Below are positions 42,280 to 55,967 of a stretch of DNA of 64,000 bases, piece by piece; position 1 is the first letter of the stretch, and every line of letters starts with the position of its first letter. Under the pieces are notes generated by a model that worked only from the letters and a program-made list of their open reading frames with translations, was not told the origin of the DNA and made no database searches. Source of the DNA: the human T2T-CHM13v2.0 reference genome, Homo sapiens. The stretch lies in NCBI RefSeq assembly GCF_009914755.1, contig NC_060942.1; one strand, written 5' to 3'. The position numbers and the translations under genes were made by a program.

Positions 42280-43795
42280 GTCCACAGAAAGAACACAACC
42301 CTGGGGATCCTGCCTTCCCTCACCCAATGGAGCAAGGCTACCCAGACCCAGTGTTTTCCAACCCACAACCTAGCTAAAAAAATGCAGCTCAGGTAGGCAT
42401 ATGTCTCCCCAGATTGAACAAAGTCCACCTGACAGCATCAGAGGATAAGTAGAGAGAAAAAGAGAGGGAGGGGGAGAGAAAAGGAGGGAGAGAGAGAGAG
42501 AAGGAGATAGAAAGAGAGAGAGAGGGAGAGATATGTGATCACAGCAAGGAGCCCAAAATGGGAAGCCATTTGTCTCCATGGGTCAGAGACTCTACTCTTC
42601 CACCCCGAGGCAATGGAACAAGCAAGTGAAATGGAAAAAAGGGACTCCATCCCATCAAACAGCTAATCTGAGATGTCCTTTTCTCTTCATGGGTCCAAGG
42701 CTCTCCTAACCTGCTCAAATAATGGGCAGGTGATCAGAAACAAAAAGAGAGCCCTAGTCACAGCAAGCAGCACCAACAGGAAGCCTCTCTTCCCTAGGGA
42801 GCTGAGGCTCTTTCTCTTTTCAGTAGATATCAGCAGAAGTATACAAGGGAACCAGCAATAGCTAGTGGCCTGGTCTGGAAGCCTTCTTTGTCCCCATGCA
42901 CAAGACTCTGCTCCTCTTTTCAATGATACTACAGCAGCTACAGGGGCAGTGGTAAAGAGATCCCACCATACCCATCTCCCACCAAGAGATACCTGGAGGC
43001 CTTACCTAGGGAAATCTATTTTACCCCCTCAGGCAGTGCCAGCAATAACCAGTGAGACCTACTGTCGACACCAGATAGGCCAACAAGAACAAACTAATAC
43101 TGCAAAGACTATGAACATTAAACTGCCATTGGAATCATTGCCCTCAAGAGTAGGACAAGACTTATATGCTCAAATTCAATATGGTTACTGTCTGCCAAAA
43201 TAAAATATTTAAATGGGACCCAAGCTTTCCTAACATAATAGACAAAATGTCTAGGATGCAATAAATAATCACCAGTCCTACCAAGAACCAGGAATATGAC
43301 AATGTAAATTTAAAAAGATAATTAACTGATACTAAAACCAAGGTGAATCAGATGGTGGAAGCTTAAAAGGATGTTAAAGTAGCTGTAATAAGAAAACTTT
43401 AATAATTAATTATAAATTTTCTTGAAATGAAAAATAGGAAATCTCAGTAAAATAAAAATGAAGTTATAAAAAATGGAAATGATAGAGCTGAGAAAATACA
43501 ATAACAGAAATTATTACAGAAAACCCATGGATGGGATCAGCAGTAGAGGAGATGACAGAGGATCAAATTGTTGAACTTGAGGACAAATGAACAGAGACTC
43601 AGTGGCCTATGTGACAATTGCATAAAATCCAACATTCATATTATTGGAGTCCCAAGAGAGGAGAAAGAGTGGCACTGAGGGAATAGTTAAAGAAATAATA
43701 TCTGAAAACTTATATTTGGTGAAATACACAAACCTATAGATCTAATAATCTGATGAAATCAGAGTAAGTCCAAAAAAATCCACACCAAGTCAATT
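42280..43795 (+). mobile_element. Old L1 (L1M4/L1MD-like) 5' UTR and ORF1 remnant
   Basis: ctaacataatagacaaaatgtctaggat...accaagaaccaggaa...atccaacattcatattattggagtcccaagagagg. Confidence 0.62.
42445..42531. repeat. Purine-rich (GA)n low-complexity tract
   Basis: Nearly pure A/G for about 85 nt. Confidence 0.88.
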
Positions 43796-44519
43796 CTACC
43801 CCCACCTCATCCTCACACCTGTCTAAGGTCTTTTAGAATAAAGAGTGATTACTAATAGATTAAAATGGTGGCTAGAGACCTAGCGCTTGTTAGAAAAACT
43901 CAAACATGGTGTTTTTCTTTGCATAATGTTGAAAGCTTTGTACCACTTGCCTCCAGATAAACTTCCTAGCCTCATGAATAGCTACTCCACTCAACTATGT
44001 CTATACCAGGTTTCCTTTCCTCTTACCTTCTTGCTGTTTTCTAAACTTCTCAAGTGATTTAATGCTTTGATGCATCAGTGTGTTTTATTGTTATGCTGTT
44101 CCCTTTTTTTTGAACATACTTCCTCACTTTCTACCTTATGGATCTCCACTTTATCTTTCAAAATTCAAATCAAGTCAACTTTTAATATTTCTCTGTATCG
44201 TTGCCCAATGCTGTGAAACAGTTTTTTCTTTGCTTTGTTGTGAACTCACTTTCTGTGGGACTGTATTAAATAATTAGCAATTAGCCAGTTGTGGTATAGA
44301 CATCTGCTTTGGAAGGAATGCTCTTTTGCTTGAGTATGAGTAGTTTCTCAAGAAATAAGAACTGTGTCTTATTTTTCTTTGCATTTCCTAAGACCTAATA
44401 ATAACATTTGTTGAACTGAATTTACCAAATGTGGATTTAATTGTTTTGCAATATCCAGAGATATTCTTTGAAATCTCAAACATACAATTATTTTCTTTAT
44501 CACTTTAACACTTTATCAG

Positions 44520-44902
44520 TGTTGCAGGTTGTATGCTCTGGAAGCAGATACTGAGAAGGAGTGTGCTGTGTGAAGTGTTTATTAGATCAATAACTTTGGA
44601 AGGAAGAGGGATGTGGAGCTGTGATGTAGTCCTAATAGAATCTTAGCTAGTCTCGTAGGGTTGCTTTCCAGAGCTTTCTCATGTTGGGTCAAAGACCCAT
44701 TTTGGGTTGCTGGGTCTTTACACCCTCATCTCAGTCAGCATTTGGATGTGGGCTGTTTCCAGAGGGCATGACTTTGGATGAGGCAACTCTCCAAAGTAAT
44801 TCATATAGCTGTTGACAGCTGGAAGCTGTCTGCTATCGGTTAGGGTGACAATCTTACCTTGAAGGAAAGAAGGATCTGGGTGGCACATCTTCAGGTCTAC
44901 CA
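44520..44902 (-). mobile_element. LTR16-like ERVL LTR
   Basis: ctctggaagcagatactgaga...gtgtttattag...ttggatgtgggctg...ggatctgggtggcacatc. Confidence 0.72.
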
Positions 44903-44909
44903 AGCTAAT

Positions 44910-45142
44910 ATTTATTTTGTACCATGTACCAGAATACTGCAGAAAGATTTTATGTACGTTATCTTACTAATTTTCAACTTCTCTTTACAAAGAAGATATT
45001 ATTATTATTCCCATTGTACAGGTAGGACAGCAGCCTAAGAGGAGGTAATTGGCCTCTCCGCAGTCATGCAATGAGTATGTGGTAAAGCTTAGATTTTTAA
45101 CCCAGGCAGTCTTACTCCAAAGCTAAATACCATTTAACCACA
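44910..45142 (-). mobile_element. MIR
   Basis: attattattcccattgtacagg...ttttaacccaggcagtcttactcca...ttaaccac. Confidence 0.72.
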
Positions 45143-45315
45143 ATGGTATCCTGTGAGAGCTACATTGTTCATGACTACAACTCCTTGAAACTTGATAATC
45201 CACAAGCAGTGAAGAGTTTTCTATTAAAATAGAAAAAGAATGTCAACTTGCCTTTTATTCTAAACATATGTGGACATATTTTATTAAGCAGATACTTTTT
45301 GTTTGTTTGTTTCAG

Positions 45316-45405
45316 CCGGTGTGGTGTATTCTGATATGAGGAGAATTTCTCTTTTGGTCTTGGACATATTCCTTAGACTGACATGTCACTGGGCCAATAT
45401 TTGAG
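45316..45405 (+). other. Candidate 90-nt non-coding internal exon
   Basis: Acceptor tttttgtttgtttgtttcag|CC and donor GAG|GTGAGT; stop codons in all three frames. Confidence 0.33.
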
Positions 45406-47571
45406 GTGAGTCTTGAACTAGCCTTACCCGCCTACCGTGTTTGTGTTAATGGAACATGCTGATTGAAGTACTGAGAAGCTGTAGGAAGCCAGAGTGTTCC
45501 CATCAGCATTTGTAGGCTGTCCAATTTATAACCTTCTAGGGACTAAGATGAAAGTACAGTGGTCACAATGTTGCTCTCAGCCAAAGAGCTTTTCAAGATC
45601 ATAATTCACCTTTAGATTTCCATGCACCTGTAGGTAACTGTGTCAATTAGCACTGATGAATTCAGTAGTGGACCTCATTTTCCCTCGGTTATCTTTTAAC
45701 AGATTTATATTAAATAATCAAATAAACATTGAACAGGTGTGATTAAAAAAAATCCTTTGCCTTCCCAATCTTACGTGTTTATGGACATGGTAATACTATA
45801 TATTTTTTATTTTAGAGATTTTCAGTTTTTCTATGCCTTATCTTTTCTCATGGATAGCTGGAATAAAATAAAGATAGACTGTTCCAGTTATTATTAGAGG
45901 TGATAATTTGCAGGCTAAGTGTGTTGCTATGGATACCTAAGAACCCCCCCCGCCACCAAAGACTCAGGCCTGGGAGTCAGGGCCTAATCCTGAGGTGTTT
46001 TTCAATAGCACCAGCTGTCCGGAGCCTGAAAGGCGTGGCAAATTACACCATTATTAGAGTGAAATGGTATGGCTAAGCTAATTATTTGTGGGCTTTAGAC
46101 ACAGGTGTTCATAAAAGGCTGAACGTGCACTCCTAATCAAGTCTGATTGGGCTAGAACAGCAGCCCAGCATGGGACTATCAAAGAGTTGTTTATAGTGTC
46201 TTTCATTTAAATAATAAAAGAGGCCACTGTAGGCCTTCTGTTCAGCAGAGTTTTTAATGTTGCTCTGAGTTCCTCATTACAGGTAATCATATTTGGTATC
46301 TCCGTTTGACTTCATCCAGTCATGGAAATCTGTTTTCTAATAATATTTTCCTTGATAGTCATATAACAATTTTAGACACATTAGCCATTCCATGACTATT
46401 TTTGGTTAATGCTACTTTTAGCAATGCAACGTAACTTTACAGAATGGAAGATTAGAACTTCATCACAAAAATGATAATCTGGCTACTACTCATCAAAGAG
46501 TTGTTAATATTTCCATTTTATTACCGGTGATATTTCTTTGATAATTTTTGTGCTCATAATGCAGTAGCAAGTTTGGTTCAAAATATACCTTAAAATTTTT
46601 CTCTCATTTAATAGTATTTGATTTATCTAATATTTGAATATCATCAGTTGCTAAAATGTATGTTTGCTGAGAAATGTTATGTGGGTTTGTTATGGTGTGA
46701 TATTGTACTAAGCATGGTTAAATACTCTTCCTAGCAAAGCAAATCTGAATTTTTCAATCTTTGCTTCTTTAAAAATAATGAATACTTTTTTTGATGTCCA
46801 TACTTTATAAAGAAGTTTGCATTTAATAGTTACCAAACAACCATTAAACATCTAATATTTCATTTTCAAATAATAATGATGTAGTAGATTCATTACTCCA
46901 ACAATTTACAAGGAATTGACTTGTCTATTTTAGTTTTCCAAGTCTAATCCAGCCCATGAGTATTTTAGAAGTTGATATGATTGGTATTGCTATATAATAA
47001 TGTTGAAATACCTGGTAGGTATTTTACTTTTTTAAAAATTCTACATCGTCACAAATGCTTGTAAATTTATAAAATGTGAAAACATATTTCTTTAGAGAAG
47101 TAGCCTCTGCTACTGCTATTGGATGAAGATATACTTACCCACTCTCTGTAGGGAGAGAGTGGTCTATTAAGAGAGACAGATGACCTCATAAACGTGTCTA
47201 TGTGCAGATCAATATGATGGCCTAATATGAGTGTAGATACACTCTCGGATGATTGAGGGAACTGAGTTTTGTCTCTGAGTCCATTCAGTCAAGGTATTCT
47301 TTCTCTTTGCAATTCTTCTGGGTATGGGAGAAGGTAGTTCTCAGAAAATAATTGTGAGGTTTTTAAGGACAGTAATTAGTGGCTTTTATCTTACGCAAAG
47401 GTATAAGACTTTCTAAATTATAGGTAGAAAGCAAATATGTTGCCTTCCTACCCAGATCTGTAAGTATTGTGCACAGAAAAGAGGATCCTCTGAGGTGACC
47501 TTGGCAATGGATACCTTGAAGCTGCATTAGTTGGGTGAATTAGCATTCAGTTAAATTTCAACAATTATCTA

Positions 47572-48008
<437 letters not shown>

Positions 48009-48249
48009 TATATATGTTATAAATAGATCTTTATAACGTATATATTTTTAACATATATATATATTTTTTTTCTGCTGTCATCTCTCATAACCCAGAGATG
48101 TAACTAGCCAATCATTTATGGGGAACTTAACTATATCTTGCCTTTTGTGATTCTGTGGTGGTGAAAAATGCCTGCTCATTTACTGTGAAAGTAACATCTC
48201 TGGTGAAGGGAAATTCTAGATCTCTGATGATGATAGTGAGTTATCTGAG

Positions 48250-48600
48250 TATTGGTTAAAATTGGATAGGATATGCTGTGGTAGCAAACACTCTGAACTC
48301 TCAGGAGCTAAACATGGCCAAAGTTTATTTCTGCTTATGTTACATGTTATTTAAGGTAAGCAGGTGATTCTGCTCACTTTAGTCATAAGGGGCCCATGCT
48401 GATAGATACTGCATTTTGACTCCTACTTCTATAATCTTTACAATAGAGGGAAAGTAAATCATGGCTCTTAAAGTTTATGTCCTACTGACACAACTAACTT
48501 CTGCTCACATTTTATTAGCCCAGCACATCATATGGCCAAGCTTAAATCCAAAGGGCAGGATCAAGAAAGCAGACAGCAGAGAAAATAGTTACTGAGCAGA
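48250..48600 (-). mobile_element. MLT1 (MaLR) LTR fragment
   Basis: atgctgtggtagcaaac...aaagtttatttctgcttatg...cttctgctcacattttattagcc...catatggccaagc. Confidence 0.6.
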
Positions 48601-48632
48601 AATAATGACGACTATGGCACCCTCTAAATCAC

Positions 48633-48932
48633 TTTTTTTTTTTCTTTCTTTCTGAGGCCGAGTCTCACTCTGTCACCCAGGCTGGAGTGCAGTGGCTCTA
48701 TCTCGGCTCACTTAAAACTTCACCTCCCAGGTTCAAGTAATTCTCTTGCCTCAACCTCCTGAGTAGCTAAGACTATAGGTTCCCACCACCATGCCCAGCT
48801 AATTTATGTATTTTTAGTAGAGATAGGGTTTCACCATGTTGGCCAGGCTGGTCAAGAGTATAAAGAAACCTCAAGTGATCCGCCTGTCTCAGCCTCCCAA
48901 AGTGCTGGGCTTACAGGCATGAGCCACTGCCC
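48633..48932 (-). mobile_element. AluS element
   Basis: Poly-T and both arms; aatcactt flanks both ends. Confidence 0.92.
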
Positions 48933-49149
48933 TGAATCACTTGTTGTAAGTGAACTCTTTACAACTAAACTGGCTCAAGGACTAGTTACCTAACTGGTAC
49001 CTAATTAAAATGGAAACACATGTAAGTGATATAGGAGAAGAGATTGTATCAAGATATCAGATGTGTATCTACCCTTTCTTCCTTTTTGAAATCTCTCAGA
49101 ATGATAGAAATATAGAAAAATAATACTATATATGGAACAGGGGGAAAGA

Positions 49150-50480
49150 TTCCCAAGAAAATTCTTAACATAAATATCTATATTGGAAACAAATGGTTTA
49201 AAATTAAATGAGTTAAACTTTCAACTAAAGAAATAAACAAATATGAAATACACAAAGAGCCCGAAGGAAAATAATTAGTGAATGTGTTTAAATTAGTAAT
49301 AATGAAATAGAAAATATTAAATCAGTAAATTTGATCTGTTTAAAAAATCTGGCTCATTTAATCATCAATAAATAGAAAAACTATTGGTAAATCTGATCAT
49401 GTTAAAAAGGAACACAAAACAGGCAATATTAGATAAGAGAATAAGTATACACAGTCATAAATACAGATATCAAGCAAATTTAAAGCTATTAGAGAATAAT
49501 ATGCACAGCTCCATGCCTAAAAAATATTATCTACTTAAATTAATCTTGAAAAGGTAGAAATACTAATGGGATAAACAACTTTGGGAAAAAATGGAAAAAC
49601 TGTCAAAACCACCTAAAAAAAGTCACGAAGTCAAATTAATTTTGTGGATAAGTTCTACCAAATTTCCTTGAGAAAAATACCTTTGTTCTCTGTACTATTT
49701 CAGAGCATAGAAAATGACTTAAAGCTACTAATTTTCCACAAGCCAGATGAGGAGAGTGTATATTCACAGAGAGAAAAGAAACCTAAAACCAAATCTCATG
49801 TATTAAAAAATGTGAAACCAGGGACAATGGCTCATGCCTGCAGTCTCAGCCACTCAGGAGGCTGAGATGGGAGGATCACTTGAGCCCCCAAATTGGAAAC
49901 CAGCCTGGGCAATACAGCAAGACCCTGTCTCAAAAAAAAAAAAGAAAAAAGAAAAAAAATCCAAGAAAACTATTAGCAAATGAATACTGGATTGTATTAA
50001 AAGAGAATTACATTGGAATCAATTAGGGCTAAAGTAGAAATGCAAATTTGACTCACATCAAAAATAAAATTGCTCACAAATGGGTTAAACAACAAATCTC
50101 AATAACGTCCCAAATTAGAAAATCTGACATGTATGTAGATTTTTTTAAATGACTTAACATTGTAAGAGTATAAAAAAAACTTTTTAAGGCTGATAAAGCA
50201 ACTACCAACAAAACATAATAGACATACTTAACGATGAAACAGTAATTCGACAAAAGCCATTAAGATGGTAGCAATGTCCACTGTCATTACTGTGAAACAT
50301 GCTGAACATCTTGATTCAAGTAATAAAATGAGAAAATGAAATGGAATAATATAATGGAGATAGCCAGAAATAAACTATTTGTCTATTTGTCAATCCATCT
50401 ACTTGATTAGAAAAACAATTTTAACCAAGGGAAAATGATACAAATTGACATTTGACAGGAAAGTAAAACATAAGAAAATT
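49150..50480 (+). mobile_element. Very old L1 ORF2 remnants
   Basis: caactaaagaaa...aatgaaatagaaaat...gttctaccaaatttc...tatttcagagcatagaaaa. Confidence 0.55.
49817..49959 (+). mobile_element. Alu monomer (FLAM-like)
   Basis: Single arm ggaggatcacttgagccc...gcaagaccctgtctc plus A-tail. Confidence 0.82.
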
Positions 50481-50491
50481 AAGAACAGAGG

Positions 50492-50765
50492 TGCTATACT
50501 AACTGAGGTCCTCCAGAGAAAATAGAATTAATAGGATCTTCTTTTTCTGTCGCTTTAAGGAATTGGCTCACATGATTGTGGAAGCTGGTAAGTCCAAAAT
50601 CTGCAAAGTACTTTGGCAGGCTAGAGACCCAGAGAAGAACTTATGTGGCAGTTCAAGTCTAAGATAGTCTACTGGCAGAATTCTCTCTTCCTTAGGAAAT
50701 GTCAGTCTTTTTCCATTAAGGCCTTCATCTGATTAGATGAGGCCCACCTATATATGGAGAGTGAG
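50492..50765 (-). mobile_element. MLT2 (ERVL) LTR fragment
   Basis: tttaaggaattggctcacatgattgtggaagctggtaagtccaaaatctgc...ctgattagatgaggcccacc. Confidence 0.82.
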
Positions 50766-50864
50766 CATTATTACAATTTTGTGGGGTTTTTTTTCTTCTT
50801 AAGAAATTGGAAGAACTTAAAAACTGGAAATTCACTTAAGAATTAAAAAACAAACATACTTAAC

Positions 50865-51400
50865 TTTACCCATAAGCAGAAATATAACAAACGAAACAGC
50901 GATTTGTTACTTTATACCCATCAGAGTTGGCTAAATTTACAATTTTGATAATATTCAATGTTGACAATGATGTGAAGTTACTGGCACTCTCATCTACAGC
51001 TGGTTGGAGTAGAAATAAAGAATACACTTTGGGAGAGGGTTTTACAATATCTATCATTTAAAGTATGCATACTTTCAGACCTAGCTATATCAAATTCTAA
51101 GGATTTAATCTGTACTGCAGAAGAAACTCTTGCCCATTTGTACCAGGACAGTCATTACTTCATCATTTGTAATAAGGAAAAATTGAAAGTGACCTAAACA
51201 CCCACCAGTAGAAAGAGGTACATATAAAGTTATATGTAATGAAAAAAGCAAATCACAAAAAAGTACACATACTATATGTGTAAAGTAAGAAAGTAGATAT
51301 GTGCTACAAATATAGATGAATAATATCAAAGTATCCTGGGTTGTTGTTAAAATTTCATGCTTTATCTAGAAAGGGAAAATTGTGATACGTACATGGTGGA
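50865..51400 (+). mobile_element. Old L1 (L1ME-like) 3' fragment
   Basis: tttatacccatcagagttggctaaa...ggcactctcatctacagctggttggagtagaaat. Confidence 0.62.
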
Positions 51401-51869
51401 TCTGTAATACCCTCTTTACCTTCCCGGTCTTCAAATTCATCTTTACCTCCACCAAGTCAAGGCTTACACAGTTATAATTGCCTCATAACATTCCTCCTTG
51501 GGAAATTTTTATTGTAACAAGAAGGGATAAGAAAGATATGTGCTCTAGCAGTAGAATTTTAGAAATTAGCATTCAAGTGCAGAGATGAAGGTAGGTGGAG
51601 GGTGAAGTAGGACCTTTCTTGATAGCCCTGAGAACATATCCCTGGCAGTAAACACTCCAGTACTTGGAAAGGTTAGTACTGATTGGGGATGAGGAGCACA
51701 AGGTCAGAACCCATGGGGAACAGGGAACAGTTAAGAGAGGGTCTTTCTGACTAAGGTAAGCAGTGAAAATTTTAGCTGTTAGACACACACAGAGTAACTA
51801 GATAAAAAGTAGTTGAGGGGAGTAATTGTGGAGAATGGTAATTTTTCAGGTCTCATAAGGGCATGAAGA

Positions 51870-52112
51870 TAATAAGAACCTGGGTAAAAACAGCCAACAC
51901 CTACATAGCAATGACTCTGAGTCAGATGCCAATCTGAGCACTTCATTTGTATTATTTCATTTAATCCTCACAAAAGTCCTTGACAGAAACACTGTTTATA
52001 TAATCTCCATTTTACAAGTGAAGAAAGGGAAGTAATATCACTTAAATAAGTATGTAACAGAGCAAGGACTTGAACCCAAACATGCTGGCTCCAAAGCATC
52101 TGCTCATTTAGC
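51870..52112 (-). mobile_element. MIR
   Basis: tattatttcatttaatcctcaca...ctccattttacaagtgaagaaa...ggacttgaaccca. Confidence 0.75.
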
Positions 52113-52395
52113 CGCTGATGGAAATGGGAAGTCAGGAAATTTAGATGTGGTGTTAATGGAATCTTTCAATATCTTTGCACTGAGGTTGTATGCTGATGTG
52201 TGGAGGTAAAAAAAAAAAAAATACCTCTCAGAGGACAGGGATAGTCACTCGTGATTCCCTCAATATCCTACACCATTTCAGACTTCAGGGCTTTTGCTGA
52301 TGCTGGTTCTTCCTCCTTGCAAATACCTCCCCCAACCCATTTTTTTTAACCCAATTAGAATATTCTTTTCTGTATGAAGCACTTTTGTTACCCAG

Positions 52396-52932
52396 TGTAA
52401 TGCCTACGTGATGTAGATGCATTTCTACCTCACCTTAACTCTGCTTATCTTTAGGATACAGGATGCCTGAGGTCAAAATTTCCCTCTTGTGACCAAACTG
52501 GATAAACTCGTGGGATCCAAGATGGTAGCTCAACCTCTGAAAAACTTCTAACTTCATTATAATCTGATTTCCATGATAAATGACACTCCCACCAGCACCA
52601 TGACAGTTGACAATCACCATGACAATGACCAGAAGAAACCATAAAATGACCAAAAGGAAAGCTGCACTCCAGTTTCAAGGAGTTCTCTGCCCATTACCAG
52701 AACAGACATGAATTCCTCCCTTTGTTTTTTTATGCCCAACCCCTTCATTAAAAGCCCTGTATTTGTGACTTCCTGCTCTCACAAGCTGAGAAGTTGATTG
52801 GTGAGCCAAGCTCTTGCTTCCCAATTCCATGGCTATTGATTAAAGCCTATACTGCTTGACACTTCAGTTTTGCATACTGTCTTCATGGCACCAAACAGGG
52901 AAAGACCTCATTTTGAGTAACCTGCTTTAGCA
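52396..52932 (+). mobile_element. ERV1 LTR, MER41-related
   Basis: Signature gatccaagatgg...acactcccaccagcaccatgacagtt...ccatgacaa shared with the MER41 group; subfamily and ends uncertain. Confidence 0.65.
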
Positions 52933-53789
52933 GTAATGCTTTCTTACTTTGCCTCTTCCTTTACAATTATCCAAGCCCCATTGTATTTCCAGCATACTTC
53001 CAGCCTGTGATTGTCAAACAGTGCATTAATTCATTGCTGAGCGTATCTTCCCACTGGGCTCCAATAGCTGAGCTCCTTGATGGCAGGCGGCTATACTGGT
53101 GAATTAATCAGGCTCTTTCCCATGGTGAGAAGCAGAACCATACTATGCCTGGCTCAGATAATGGGGCTAATTACAAGAATACACAGAGCAGTAAGAAGAT
53201 AGAAAATACTCCCAGAAGCTTCCTATTGGCCATTTTACACTGGGCCAGTCCCTCCTCCCTGATGATGGTGCTTTACCAGTCTGATGTTTCAACTTCTGTC
53301 TCTCTCTTCTACTACAGCTGATTTTTCTGATACTGACTCCCATTTTTAAATGCATATCATATGCAATTTTCCCAAGAGATTTAAATCAGTCACCACTCAG
53401 AACAATGAGCCATTGTTGACTATCATTCATGTACAATAACACCTCAGAGATCACTGGCCAGAGATCAGCTAGTCATATTTTTGTCAGGCACTGATTCCTA
53501 TACAATCTGTGATGACTGAAGAAATGCAGTCATGTAATACCATACCATGGTGACTCATGGGTAATAGATCATCTGGATGAGTTCCACCAGAGGATGGCTT
53601 AGCTATGGAAGGCATTAAGATCACCATGTCCTATGCAATTATAAAGCTATTTGTATGTTCATAGAATCTAACATAGTCCCTCTCAAACACCAGATACTAG
53701 ATATACATTGGTTTAGTGTGAAAGAAAATGTTCTGAAATGACAAAAGAAATATCAAAGAAAGAAGAACACTAGTGGTTTTTCTGAATTC

Positions 53790-53990
53790 TTTATTTATTC
53801 AATCATTTAGCAGTCATTTGTAAAATGTCTATTAGGTACAATAAGTATCAGACAATGTGCCAGGTATGAGAGATACAAAATTGAATAGGATGATGTTCCA
53901 GACTTTGAGAATTTTAGTTTAATCAAAGTGACTGGCAAGCAAACCTACTATTACGATGCAGTATTATAAAGTAATGTAGAGGAACGTCAC
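53790..53990 (-). mobile_element. L2 3' fragment
   Basis: tttattcaatcatttagc...tgtgccaggtatgagagatacaaaattgaatagg. Confidence 0.58.
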
Positions 53991-55747
53991 TGTATCCCAG
54001 CCTTGAGAAGCAGAGTCAGGAATAGTTTGCGCCCCCAAATCTCAAAAGTAATCAGGGTGAGGGAGTGGGAAGTGAAAAGAATTTGAAAATATGCTTTGAG
54101 AGAGCTTATCACAGAAATCACTGAGTCAGGGAGCTGGAAGAGATTTTTCAAACGTTTACATTAAACCAAATTACTTGTTTCTAATTACTCTCCCTTGAAC
54201 AATGGCTGTACATTAAGGAAACCCTCAAGTGAGCTGAAGCCTACCCAAGCACACTTATTGGAAAATGATCAAATAGCAGGATGTGAAGGACTAGGTTGTC
54301 TTTTCCCTCTCCCTTTTTTCAAGTTAGTTAACAGGACTGTGCTACTGATCTCCTCCTCTGCAGTTAGCGATCCATATGGTGTGCACATACTGTAGACATT
54401 TAACCGAATTATCAGATTGCTCCGGCTTTCTACCACTTTTATTTCATGGTTTCTAGATAGAAAGGCCTTGAGAAAGACAGAGTATGTGCATTGGAGAAGC
54501 TTTACATGAATAGGTTGTTTTTTCCATCCTTTTTGTCTTCACATCACCTTCCCAGCTGGGAAGGATATTTTGAGTGGTTGTTAGTAAATGGAGTTGATCT
54601 TCCTATGGCTGGGGCAAGATTTTCCCTGTAGAAAGTTACTAAGTGTTAGGAAAAAAAGGGGAATATGGAGATACCAAAGGCTTCTAAAATAGTGGGACAA
54701 TGGTGAGGTATTTGGAGCCATTTTCCATAACCAGAGAAAGTGCTAAGAATGTTTAGCTCAGACAAGTTAAAGAGAGAAAGAGGTGGACGCATGCCTGAAG
54801 AACTAGAGCATATTGTGGGGTCTGGAACATATAGATTGCCATGGAGTGCTCAAGAACATAAAATGAGGACCGGGGCCAACAATTATAGCTATCTAATACT
54901 TGAATGGTCTGCCCTTATTACAGTGAATCTCCTGTTTCTGGAATTATCAAGAAGACTACAGAAAATTATAGGAGTGACTCCGAAATGCTATGGAAGAGAT
55001 TCCTGCATTGTCATGCATAAAGGCAGGTGAGAGTGAGCCTGGTGAGGTGGCCTCTTAGGGCCCCTTCCAAACACAAGATTCATTATTTGAGGTACAATTG
55101 AAAGCTTTGTCTTCTATAAGAATATCTCTCAATATCTGGTCAAAATGCTTGAAATACCCACATGTATTCATTTTGTTTGTGCAAATCCTGACTTATTTCA
55201 AAACATTTTTACTTCAGAAATTTCTATCCTTATTAAGTGGGGCATTACTGTCACTTCCTGAAGGCCTGGTTTAAAAGCAAGCATGATTATATATCTCCTT
55301 AATGATGTCATTTGACCCCATACAACGACCTATGTGAAAGAAGTAGATGAGATATTATTCCTGTTTTACAGATGAGGAAACTCATTTCAGAGGGACAATG
55401 CTACCTGGAGAAAGGAAATAGGGCTCATTAAGATATCATGGCACATTAATATGAACACATGAATTTCCTCATCAGAGGAGCTGCAGGCTTGTGTTGGTCC
55501 ATTGTGTTGGACAAACCACAAAATGGACTAACCCAATAAAGCTGCTGGGACTGGACACAGGAGCATCTTTACGGATATGAAAGATCAGAAGGCTTTGAAA
55601 TCCAAGGTCTTGCTGAGGCAGCACAAGACCACTAAGTATTAATGATCAAAAACAAACATTATCTTCTTCCCAAATTTGTATAGGGAATTTTGAGAACTTA
55701 CACAATAGGAGTATACTGTAATAGTAATTTACATGCATTTTCTTAGA

Positions 55748-55796
55748 TATTAGGTTGATGCAAAAATAATTGAAGTAATTGTGTTTTTTCCTAATA
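55748..55796. mobile_element. Internally deleted MADE (Mariner-derived MITE)
   Basis: tattaggttgatgcaaaaataattg matches the MADE1 TIR; the far end cctaata is its inverse terminus. Confidence 0.6.
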
Positions 55797-55967
55797 GCAC
55801 TTAAAATTATCCTATGAATATCATTATCTCCATTTGAAATGAAAACATTGGTTCCTCAAGGGAAACCATTTTTAAAATAAAAGGACAAGCTACAAATTAG
55901 GAGAAGTTTGAAACCTATTGCTATACAGAGTATATAAGGAATCATAAATCAATTGGAAAAAGATAAT

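Noticed and set aside
52660-52710. STAT1/GAS interferon enhancer in the MER41-like LTR
   Set aside because: No intact TTCNNNGAA is visible here (nearest is TTACCAGAA), so the known MER41B function cannot be transferred.
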